A stretch of DNA of 64,000 nucleotides, taken from Candidatus Omnitrophota bacterium (GTDB taxonomy: Bacteria > Omnitrophota > Gorgyraeia > Tantalellales > Tantalellaceae). Shown here piece after piece: positions 55,458 through 63,695 of this stretch. Made by a program: the position numbers and the translations under genes. Numbering within the stretch: the first letter of the stretch is position 1; each line of letters opens with the position of its first letter. The notes under the pieces were generated by a model that was given only the letters and a program-made list of their open reading frames with translations, was not told where the DNA came from and did not search any database. The DNA is taken from positions 7,137 through 71,136 of the forward strand of contig JBDRNE010000025.1 in the NCBI GenBank assembly GCA_043811395.1. Direction: 5' to 3'.

Positions 55458-56856
55458 CGCGCCGTATGTAGATTATTACGGTCCTATAAAATTGGCTTCA
55501 GGAAGATATTTTCCTCTTGGTTTGGGGTATATTGCTTCATATTTGCGTAGGAAAAGTCATGAAGTTCTTTTATGTGAACCGGAAGCGCAAGGGTTAAGCT
55601 ACAAAATGATACATGATATTTTTTTTAGGGAGAAACCCGATGTCATTGGGATCTCGAGTGCTACCCCCAATTTTTATAACGCGGTAAAACTTGCCAAGTT
55701 AGCAAAAACCGCGACCACTGCCGTGGTAGTTTATGGTGGCGCTCACGCCAGCGCTATCCCGGAATTTATTGTTCAAAAGTACGGCGAATATTTTGATTAC
55801 TTAGTTGTTGGTGAGGGTGAAGAAACCCTTGGAGAGCTTGCCGCCTGCTTAAATGACAGGCAAATACCTTTTGAAGTCCCGGGGCTTTGCTTTTCTCACA
55901 ATGGGAACGTAGTCAGGACAGAGAATCGAAAACCTATGGAAAATTTAGACTCTTTGCCGTATCCCGCGAGGGATCTTATCTCTCCGAAATTATTCAGACC
56001 TAACATGCACAATGTTCGTTATAAAAAGTGTTTTACTATGCTGACAAGCCGTGGCTGTCCTTTCAATTGCTCTTTTTGCGCTTCGTATTTAACTATGGGG
56101 AAAAGATATCGTCCACATAGCGCTGATTATGTGCTTGGTGAGATGAGTTTTTTGCGCGAGCGCTATAATGCCCAACAATTGATAATAAATGATGACACAT
56201 TTACTTTGGATAGAGGTAGATTGGTCGAAATTTGTGAAGGTATGATAAAAAAACGGCTTAATTTTAAGTGGTTTTGTTTTTCTCAAATTGCGGCAGTAGA
56301 TAAAGATGTTTTAAAATTGATGAACGAGGCAGGCTGTTATAACATAGGGTTTGGAGTTGAATCGGCTTCCCCCCGCATTATGGAATCGATTGGTAAAACT
56401 ATTCCTTTAAAAAAATGCGCCGAAGTTATTAATGACGCGAACGCCCTAGGGATAAAGACCCAGGCCTTTTTTGTTTTCGGAAAAAAAGGAGAAACTCTTC
56501 AGGAAATGAAAGATACTGTGAAATTCGCGCTTAGCGTCAATCCGACATTGGCGTTTTTTAATATGCTTGTTCCGTATCCAGGGACGAGAGATTTCTCGGA
56601 TTTCTTTAAGGATGTTCCGTTAGAACAGATTGAATGGAAAGATTTTGTTGCCATAGGTACAAAATCCGTGTTAAAACAATCTTGCGGTAGAGCAATAGAT
56701 TTGGAGAAGATGCTAAGCGAGGCTAATTTGAAATTCTATTTCAGAGGCAAACAACTTTTACATATTTTATCGAAGATCGGGACTTGGCACGAATTCCGGG
56801 CATATATAACAGGCGCGGCGGCTTTAAGCTTGCAGATGATGAAATGGAATAAGTAG
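55438..56856 (+). CDS. cobalamin (B12)-binding domain radical SAM enzyme (class B); tandem with 54063-55457
   Basis: B12-binding N-terminus (VVYGGAHASAIPE, VVGEGEETLGELA) and SRGCPFNCSFCASY cluster; 20-nt overlap with the upstream paralog. Confidence 0.8.
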   Translation: MKILLISAPYVDYYGPIKLASGRYFPLGLGYIASYLRRKSHEVLLCEPEAQGLSYKMIHDIFFREKPDVIGISSATPNFYNAVKLAKLAKTATTAVVVYGGAHASAIPEFIVQKYGEYFDYLVVGEGEETLGELAACLNDRQIPFEVPGLCFSHNGNVVRTENRKPMENLDSLPYPARDLISPKLFRPNMHNVRYKKCFTMLTSRGCPFNCSFCASYLTMGKRYRPHSADYVLGEMSFLRERYNAQQLIINDDTFTLDRGRLVEICEGMIKKRLNFKWFCFSQIAAVDKDVLKLMNEAGCYNIGFGVESASPRIMESIGKTIPLKKCAEVINDANALGIKTQAFFVFGKKGETLQEMKDTVKFALSVNPTLAFFNMLVPYPGTRDFSDFFKDVPLEQIEWKDFVAIGTKSVLKQSCGRAIDLEKMLSEANLKFYFRGKQLLHILSKIGTWHEFRAYITGAAALSLQMMKWNK

Positions 56857-57645
56857 ATGACTACACAATGCGGACATACATTTGTGATACCTGTATATGG
56901 TGAATCGCCTTATTTGGAAGAATGCGTTATTTCCTTAAAAAAACAGACTGTACAAAGTGATGTTTTGATGACCACGTCTACACCTTCAGTTTTTTTAGAA
57001 AATTTGTCAAAAAAATACAATATTCCCATAATAATAAACCCTGTTTGTGAAGGCATTGCTTCGGACTGGTCTTTCGCGTACAATTCTTGCCGTACTAAAT
57101 ATGTGACATTGGCTCATCAGGATGATCTGTATTTTCATAAATATTGTGAACTGTGTTTATGCGCCGTAAAAGGGCAAAAAGACAATGTAATTACGTTTAC
57201 GGATTATTATGAATTGATCAAGGATAAGTTTGTGGGGTACAACTTGCATCTCTTAATAAAGAAAATACTGCTGACACCTTTTTTGCTAAAGAGAAATATT
57301 GCCTTTCCATTTATTAAAAGAACAATACTTTCTTTCGGTAACGCGATTTCCTGTCCGACGGTTATGTACAACAAAGAGCGTATAGGTTTTTTTAAATTTT
57401 CAGAAAAATTTAAATGCAATGTGGATTGGGACGCGTGGTTTAGATTGTCGGGGATAGACGGAAGTTTTGCTTATGTGGACAAAAAGATTATGGCGCATCG
57501 GATGCACAAGGAATCGGAAGCGTATTTGCTGAGGGAAAAAGGCGCGCGGGAAAAAGAGGATCAGGAAATGCTGGAGAAATTCTGGCCGAAAAAAATTGCC
57601 CGAATTATGGCATTTTTATACCGGTTCAATCTTAAACTCAACTAA
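56857..57645 (+). CDS. GT2-like glycosyltransferase (tentative)
   Basis: N-terminal FVIPVYGESPYLEECVISLKKQT pattern (GT2 beta1-alpha1) and acidic HQDDLY motif; weaker than the other GT2 calls. Confidence 0.4.
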   Translation: MTTQCGHTFVIPVYGESPYLEECVISLKKQTVQSDVLMTTSTPSVFLENLSKKYNIPIIINPVCEGIASDWSFAYNSCRTKYVTLAHQDDLYFHKYCELCLCAVKGQKDNVITFTDYYELIKDKFVGYNLHLLIKKILLTPFLLKRNIAFPFIKRTILSFGNAISCPTVMYNKERIGFFKFSEKFKCNVDWDAWFRLSGIDGSFAYVDKKIMAHRMHKESEAYLLREKGAREKEDQEMLEKFWPKKIARIMAFLYRFNLKLN

Positions 57646-57664
57646 TAGCATTCGCGGAATCAAT

Positions 57665-58963
57665 ATGGAAACAAAAATAAAAAGTATAACAAATTGGATA
57701 ATACGCCACAAGGGGGAACTTGTAGTGCTTTTTGTGTTTTTATTATTTGCTTTTGGGTATAACATATATCGTGTTCAAGGTGATGGAAAACTGTATTATG
57801 CTTTGTTGGAGAGAACTTTGAATATACCTGATCCTGAAAGTGCGCCTAATTTTCTTGAGTTGGGTTTTCTTCAAAGTATTTGTTCTTTTTTTAATATGCC
57901 GTTTTATCTTGCTGGTTACGCCATAGAAAAAATGCTTGCCGCGCCGATACTTCTCAAAGGAATAACCCTTCGTTCAGCGTTCATAAATATTGCCAGTAAT
58001 TTTTATATAGGCGCGTCTATAATTCTGATTTTTAAAATACTGGCCATGCTGAACTTTAAGCATAGAATAAGTTCTGTTCTCAGTATTCTTTTTTCAACGT
58101 CAGCGTTTGTCGCGGCGGTAGTTATGCCGGCGTATAATCACGCGGTGGATGTACTTATAGTTACTTTTTTTATATATGTGATATTGAAGCGTGAGAGGAT
58201 GTTGCCGATTAAAAGTTTCTGGATTGGCGCGGTTTATTCTTTGGCCATAGCTTCGCGATATTTTAATTTTGTGTTAATAGTTCCGTTACTTGTTATGCTT
58301 ATGATAAAAAAAGATTATTCAAGGATAAAATATATTTTGTTTGGATTCTTTAGCACAATATGGATTTTACCTGTACTGTTCTATTATTACAACGGAAGTC
58401 CGTTTAATCCATGTTTTTCTCAAGAAGCGGTTGGAAATGTTATTCATCGTATGACATTATTTCCGAAGTATACGTTTAGATATTTTGTTCACCCTTTGCA
58501 CGGATTATTTGTTTGGTCGCCGGTAACTATACTTTCAGCCATAGGGTTAGGGGTGATGCCTCGGGACAAAAAAGAGATAGGGTACATGTTTTTGGCGATG
58601 TGGGCACTAATTGTTATGATGAATGGCTATTTCTTTGAATGGACCGCTGGCTGGTCGTTTTCAAATCGTTATCTTACGGGATTATTTCCTATCTACATAG
58701 TCGGATTGGCCGCTTTGGCTGAAAAATATGGAAAAAGAATAGTTGTTTTAGCGGCGGCGTTAACTTTCTATTCAGTTTTTTTATTTTTCAACTGGTATAT
58801 GTGTGTAATAGACGGCGGCTGGGGCACGCCTTGGAATATGATTGAGGCATGGCAAAGGGGAAAGTTTTTTTATAGTACAGGTAAAGAGCTGAATTTTCGC
58901 GTATTTTGTGAAATGATGTATGAACACTCGAGGTATAAATATATTTTCAGGGGTTTTAATTAA
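57665..58963 (+). CDS. polytopic integral membrane protein of unknown function (possible GT-C-like transferase or polymerase)
   Basis: ≥10 hydrophobic helices across 433 aa, no soluble catalytic domain recognisable; start ATG 57665 chosen downstream of the preceding stop (the track ORF starts at 57596). Confidence 0.4.
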   Translation: METKIKSITNWIIRHKGELVVLFVFLLFAFGYNIYRVQGDGKLYYALLERTLNIPDPESAPNFLELGFLQSICSFFNMPFYLAGYAIEKMLAAPILLKGITLRSAFINIASNFYIGASIILIFKILAMLNFKHRISSVLSILFSTSAFVAAVVMPAYNHAVDVLIVTFFIYVILKRERMLPIKSFWIGAVYSLAIASRYFNFVLIVPLLVMLMIKKDYSRIKYILFGFFSTIWILPVLFYYYNGSPFNPCFSQEAVGNVIHRMTLFPKYTFRYFVHPLHGLFVWSPVTILSAIGLGVMPRDKKEIGYMFLAMWALIVMMNGYFFEWTAGWSFSNRYLTGLFPIYIVGLAALAEKYGKRIVVLAAALTFYSVFLFFNWYMCVIDGGWGTPWNMIEAWQRGKFFYSTGKELNFRVFCEMMYEHSRYKYIFRGFN

Positions 58964-58964
58964 A

Positions 58965-59372
58965 ATGAAAAAGATTGTTTCAATATTATTAGCTGTATGG
59001 ATGTTTGTATTATTTCTAAATTATTCTGGTTTTTTTCGGGATGATACAGATCCTGTCGGTGTGACGGAATTTTATTTTCGATGTATGGGGGCAGGTGATT
59101 GGACATTAACATACCAAATTACCGATCCAAAAAGTTTTGATCATCAAGAATTGTTGGATTTGAGGAACAATTTATTTTTTAAAGAACAACTTTGCAACTA
59201 TAAGACGGAATTGAAAACCTTGGAAGAGAAAAAAGCAGTTACGGAAACTCAGCTATTTTTCGAAAGTGGAAAAACTATTAAATGTACTACAGTACTGGAG
59301 AAACTGGGTACAGACGTGTGGTATATTAGGGAAACCCGTTATGATGAGGGAAAAATGGCGGTCAAAAAATGA
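58965..59372 (+). CDS. small hypothetical protein with N-terminal signal/anchor helix
   Basis: MKKIVSILLAVWMFVLFLNYSG hydrophobic N-terminus, then a soluble ~110-aa domain with no recognisable motif. Confidence 0.35.
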   Translation: MKKIVSILLAVWMFVLFLNYSGFFRDDTDPVGVTEFYFRCMGAGDWTLTYQITDPKSFDHQELLDLRNNLFFKEQLCNYKTELKTLEEKKAVTETQLFFESGKTIKCTTVLEKLGTDVWYIRETRYDEGKMAVKK

Positions 59373-60406
59373 GTAACAACCTGGCAAAAATTTTTTCAAT
59401 AGTGGTTTCTTTTGTTCTTGTGATATTTTTGATTTTACTGGGAGAATTATATTGCCGCGTATTTTGTGATATTCCGTTTTTGGGAAATAGTCGGGCTTTA
59501 TTTGTTAAAAACGCTTATGGAGACAGCATCGGAAATGCCGCCAAGATTGAAGCAGTGTCTTTTGGAACAAAAGTATATACAGATATTAACGGCTTTAGAG
59601 TTCCAATAGATTTTGAGGGTATCAGAAAACCAGGTAGAGCAATTTTATTTTTGGGGGATTCGGTTGCTTTTGGTCCCGGGACTAGAGAAGAGGATACCTT
59701 TGTTGGTTTGGCAAGAAAAGAATTTTTGACGATGAACATATATAATTCGGCAGTAATAGGTTATGATACGCGTGACTATAAAAACGTTATGGAACACTTT
59801 ATTCCTCAACATGAAGAGGTTGAGAGGATCTATTTAATCTTTTGTTTAAACGATATTTGTCATAGAAGCGCTGAACTAATTGATAATGCCATCGGGGCAT
59901 TAAAACAGGAATCCGGGCAGGCAAATAAGATGATTTGTTCGTTAGGGGCGAATAGATTTATCCAAAAAATAAATCAGTATTTAAGGTCTCGCTCTAAACT
60001 CTATTTAGCTCTGCGTCACATATTAACAGACCCTTCGGCTTTAAGTTGGGAAGCGGATAGGCTTCTCTATGAATCTGATAATGAGGAAAATTTTATGAAA
60101 ACTATGCGGGCGATAATCTATATAAATGATGCCGCAAAAATTAAAAAAATTCCGTTTACTGTTATAATTGCTCCATATGAATTCCAGTTACGTGATAATT
60201 TTAAGGGGAATCATTTGCCGCAGGAAAAACTAGTTAGTTTTTTTAAAAAGGAAGGGATTAATTATATCAATGCGCTTGATTACTTTAAAGATAGAGGGAT
60301 AAAGTCTAAAGAAATTTTTTTAACTTCCGATCCAATGCATTTTTCGCCAAAGGGACATAAAATAATGCATGAAATTATATGTGAAGACTATTCCGGTCAA
60401 AATTAA
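59369..60406 (+). CDS. SGNH/GDSL-family hydrolase (esterase/acyl-esterase-like) with N-terminal TM anchor
   Basis: N-terminal TM helix, then block I LFLGDSVAFG (GDS(x) Ser motif) and a late DPMHFSPKGH block V-like His motif. Confidence 0.5.
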   Translation: MSNNLAKIFSIVVSFVLVIFLILLGELYCRVFCDIPFLGNSRALFVKNAYGDSIGNAAKIEAVSFGTKVYTDINGFRVPIDFEGIRKPGRAILFLGDSVAFGPGTREEDTFVGLARKEFLTMNIYNSAVIGYDTRDYKNVMEHFIPQHEEVERIYLIFCLNDICHRSAELIDNAIGALKQESGQANKMICSLGANRFIQKINQYLRSRSKLYLALRHILTDPSALSWEADRLLYESDNEENFMKTMRAIIYINDAAKIKKIPFTVIIAPYEFQLRDNFKGNHLPQEKLVSFFKKEGINYINALDYFKDRGIKSKEIFLTSDPMHFSPKGHKIMHEIICEDYSGQN

Positions 60407-60518
60407 TAGACCTGAATTTTACGTCGATAGAGGCTCTACAATTGTGAAAAATGTGTTAAAATAAAGCGTAGTTTATGTTTAGGTTATAACAATTTTTTAA
60501 CTCAAAAAAGTGTTTATT

Positions 60519-61469
60519 ATGACGTATCTTTTTATTTTTATGATTGCTTGCGGAATAACTTTTTTAATTACGCCGACGATTCGTTATATGGCGTTAAAGT
60601 TTTCTGTTATTGACCGGCGAAACGCTCGCAAAATACATACCAGGATAGTAACTCGGTTCGGCGGAATAGGCATATACATAGGTTTCATATTCGCGATTTT
60701 AAGTTTATTTTTAATGCAGTTTGGCGTAAATAGCGCTAATTCCAAGCCTTTATGGGCCATAATTATGGCCTCTACTATGATTTTGATTTTAGGAATGTAT
60801 GATGACGCGAAAGGCGCGGACGCGAAAGTGAAATTTTTTGTTCAGATATTAGCAACTTTTCTTTTAATAAATGCTGGTTTTAAAATTGACATAGTTGGTA
60901 ATCCCTGGGGGGACCCTCTGAACTTGGGTATCTTTAGCATTCCTGTAACAGTTTTATGGATGGTAGGCATAACAAACGCTATTAACCTAATAGACGGGTT
61001 AGATGGGCTTGCGGTAGGTATAGCTTTTATATGCGCAATGGGTCTTTTTGTTAAATTTTTGATAGTTGGGCTTGTTTTGCCCGCTTTTTTTGCCGTGAGT
61101 TTGGCCGGGGCATGTTTGGGTTTTTTAAGGTATAATTTTTCACCCGCAAAGATATTTATGGGAGACACTGGAAGCATGTTTTTGGGGTTTTCAATAGCCG
61201 CGCTTGCTATATGGACAGGACAGAAAGCTTCAACAGCTGTGGTTTTAATTGTGCCGCTTTTGGGTCTTGGCGTACCTGTTTTAGATACGATTCTTGCTTT
61301 TTCCAGGCGCATTATACGCAGGCAAAATCCTTTTACAGCAGACAAAGAGCATCTTCACCATCTATTTTTAAAGACAGGACTTAGTGAAAAACAAGTTGTT
61401 TTTGTCTTTTGGGGAATAACGCTTTTTTTGAATATTTGTGCCTGTTATTTCTTCTGCCCTCCGCAGTAA
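60519..61469 (+). CDS. polyprenyl-phosphate N-acetylhexosamine-1-phosphate transferase (WecA/WbpL/MraY-family initiating phosphoglycosyltransferase)
   Basis: Multi-TM protein with DDxxG (MYDDAKGAD), NAINLIDGLDGLA and FMGDTGSMFLG motifs diagnostic of the MraY/WecA superfamily. Confidence 0.8.
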   Translation: MTYLFIFMIACGITFLITPTIRYMALKFSVIDRRNARKIHTRIVTRFGGIGIYIGFIFAILSLFLMQFGVNSANSKPLWAIIMASTMILILGMYDDAKGADAKVKFFVQILATFLLINAGFKIDIVGNPWGDPLNLGIFSIPVTVLWMVGITNAINLIDGLDGLAVGIAFICAMGLFVKFLIVGLVLPAFFAVSLAGACLGFLRYNFSPAKIFMGDTGSMFLGFSIAALAIWTGQKASTAVVLIVPLLGLGVPVLDTILAFSRRIIRRQNPFTADKEHLHHLFLKTGLSEKQVVFVFWGITLFLNICACYFFCPPQ

Positions 61470-61535
61470 CCTATGCCGGGCAAGTTTCATATTGGCAATA
61501 GTCCATAATAAATACGATAAATACATTAAAATGCA

Positions 61536-61564
61536 TTGACATATGTAGGTAATATTCATATAAT
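61536..61564 (+). promoter_or_regulatory. perfect-consensus sigma70 promoter (TTGACA - 17 nt - TATAAT) immediately upstream of the MarR-like gene; predicted leaderless or near-leaderless transcript
   Basis: TTGACA 61536-61541, 17-nt spacer, TATAAT 61559-61564; the ATG of the downstream gene is at 61573, 8 nt past the -10 box, with no room for an SD sequence. Confidence 0.5.
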
Positions 61565-61572
61565 ACTGTTCA

Positions 61573-61926
61573 ATGAATGAACAGTATCAAGCCAAAGAAG
61601 AAGTTCTCTACCTTATCCGAGAGATTGACGATACGCCCGGGGTGACCCAGCGCGACTTATCGGCAAAATTAGGCATATCTCTCGGGAAGACCAATTATCT
61701 CCTCAAAGAACTTGTTAAAAAAGGCATTGTTAAGATCCAGAGTTTTACCACACATGACCAAAAATTAAAGAAAATCAGCTATATTTTGACTCCAGAAGGG
61801 ATAAGTGAACAACTGCGTCTTACGTATTATTATTTGAAACTCAAAGAAAAAGAATATTTAAAACTCAAACAGGAAGCTGAGATGATCGCGGAGAGGACTC
61901 AAGCTAAAGAGACCATTGGTAGTTAA
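61573..61926 (+). CDS. MarR-family winged-helix transcriptional regulator (EPS-associated MarR type)
   Basis: 117 aa; LYLIREIDDTPGVTQRDLSAKLGISLGKTNYLLKELVKKGIV is a classic wHTH recognition-helix segment. Small size and EPS-locus context match the EPS-associated MarR subgroup. Confidence 0.55.
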   Translation: MNEQYQAKEEVLYLIREIDDTPGVTQRDLSAKLGISLGKTNYLLKELVKKGIVKIQSFTTHDQKLKKISYILTPEGISEQLRLTYYYLKLKEKEYLKLKQEAEMIAERTQAKETIGS

Positions 61927-61955
61927 GGTTGATACCGTGATTTTTAAAATATATT

Positions 61956-62891
61956 ATGAAAAATAATAAATGTTCTCACGGGGTTATGTTTCACCATTTT
62001 TATGACCATACTCATGTAAAGAGCCAGGGGTCAATTTCTGCTGAACAATTAAGGCAAATAATAGAGTCTTACAACAGTGATTATGAAATTTTGTCTGCCG
62101 ATGAATGGATGTATAAAGCATGCCGTGGAGGGTTAAACGAAAATGAAGTCTGTCTGACTTTTGACGACGCTCTTTTATGTCAGTATGAGATAGCCCTGCC
62201 TGTTTTAGAAGATCTAGGTCTTACCGCTTTTTGGTTTATTTATTCGTCCATAATTGTTGGCAATGTAGAAATGCTGGAAGTATATAGAAAATTCCGGACA
62301 GATCATTTCAGGGATATTAACGATTTTTACGAAAAATTTTTTAATACGGTAAAACGTTTAGAACTTTGTATGAACATAGAATCAGTTCTAGAAAAAATTC
62401 CGAGAACTTTTCTTTATGATTTTTTGTTTTATTCGAAAGAAGACAGAGAGTTCAGATATTTTAGGGATATTATGCTCGGCGCAGATAATTATCGGAAGAT
62501 TATGAGTCTAATGATGGAAGAATGTAATGTTGATATAGACGAATTTGCAGATGGTTTATGGATGAAAGAAAAACATTTGAAGGATTTAGATTCGAAAGGT
62601 CACATTATCGGTCTGCATTCGCATAGTCATCCCACTTCAATGGCTTCATTATCCAGGAAAGAACAAAAGAAAGAATATAAGCTGAACTATGATATCCTTT
62701 ATCAAATATTGAACAAACATCCTGAAACTATGGCGCATCCGTGTAATTCATACAATCAAGACACGATGTCTATTCTTAAAGAATTTGATATTAAAATAGG
62801 TTTCAGGTCTAATATGGGAAAATGTCCTGTTTCTGAGTTGGAATTCAAGAGGGAAGATCACGCTAATGTTATGAGAAGGATAAACGGATGA
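61956..62891 (+). CDS. polysaccharide deacetylase (NodB-homology, CE4) family protein (ArnD-like deformylase/deacetylase candidate)
   Basis: TFDD (NodB motif 1, LTFDDAL) and HSHSHP (His-x-His metal motif) present; 311 aa. Confidence 0.6.
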   Translation: MKNNKCSHGVMFHHFYDHTHVKSQGSISAEQLRQIIESYNSDYEILSADEWMYKACRGGLNENEVCLTFDDALLCQYEIALPVLEDLGLTAFWFIYSSIIVGNVEMLEVYRKFRTDHFRDINDFYEKFFNTVKRLELCMNIESVLEKIPRTFLYDFLFYSKEDREFRYFRDIMLGADNYRKIMSLMMEECNVDIDEFADGLWMKEKHLKDLDSKGHIIGLHSHSHPTSMASLSRKEQKKEYKLNYDILYQILNKHPETMAHPCNSYNQDTMSILKEFDIKIGFRSNMGKCPVSELEFKREDHANVMRRING

Positions 62892-63682
62892 AGATAACTG
62901 TTTTTACAAGCAATCAGCCGCGCCATATCGCGCTTATTGAACAGATGGCTTCCATTGCTGATGAGGTTTTCGCGATTCAGGAATGTAATACTGTTTTTCC
63001 AGGACAAAGGGAAGATTTTTTTAAAAAAACAAAAGTTATGCAGGAATATTTCAGCAATGTTATTGAAGCGGAAAAGACTGTTTTTGGTTTGCCCCGTTTT
63101 TTGCCTGCGAATGTATGTTCTATGTCAATAAAATTGGGCGATTTAAATAAATTAGAACTAGATGTTTTAAGACCGGCTCTTGAAAGTGATTTCTACATTA
63201 TATTCGGAAGCAGTTTTATTAAAGGCGAGTTATGTGAATTTCTTATATCGCGAAAAGCGTTAAATATTCATATGGGACTTTCACCCTACTATAGAGGAAA
63301 TAGTTGTAATTTTTGGGCGCTTTTTGACGGTAAGCCGGACTATGTTGGTGCTACTATACATTTACTTTCAAAAGGGCTAGATTCAGGACAGATGCTTTTT
63401 CACGCTTTGCCTGGGGCGCGGAAGGTGGATGCGTTTTTGTTGGGCATGTTCGCAGTGAAATCCGCTCAGGAAGGATTAATGGCGTATTTAAAAAAAGGGA
63501 CTATCTTTGAAATAGCGCCAGTTGAACAGGATAAAAATCTTGCAATTAAATATACGCGCAACAAAGATTTTACTGATGAAGTGGCTTTAACTTATTTAAA
63601 AAACCAGCCTATAATGGAAGATATTTTTAATTCTTTGCTATGCAGGGATATGAGTAAATTTTTGCGTCCCTATGTTTATTAA
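62888..63682 (+). CDS. formyltransferase-domain protein (sugar N-formyltransferase, ArnA-N-terminal/Fmt-like)
   Basis: NIHMGLSPYYRGNSCNFWALFDG parallels the H-x-S-L-L-P-x-x-R-G-x-x-P-x-x-W-A signature of formyltransferases; ATGA overlap with the deacetylase gene. Confidence 0.55.
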   Translation: MKITVFTSNQPRHIALIEQMASIADEVFAIQECNTVFPGQREDFFKKTKVMQEYFSNVIEAEKTVFGLPRFLPANVCSMSIKLGDLNKLELDVLRPALESDFYIIFGSSFIKGELCEFLISRKALNIHMGLSPYYRGNSCNFWALFDGKPDYVGATIHLLSKGLDSGQMLFHALPGARKVDAFLLGMFAVKSAQEGLMAYLKKGTIFEIAPVEQDKNLAIKYTRNKDFTDEVALTYLKNQPIMEDIFNSLLCRDMSKFLRPYVY

Positions 63683-63695
63683 CACTGGAGGATGA

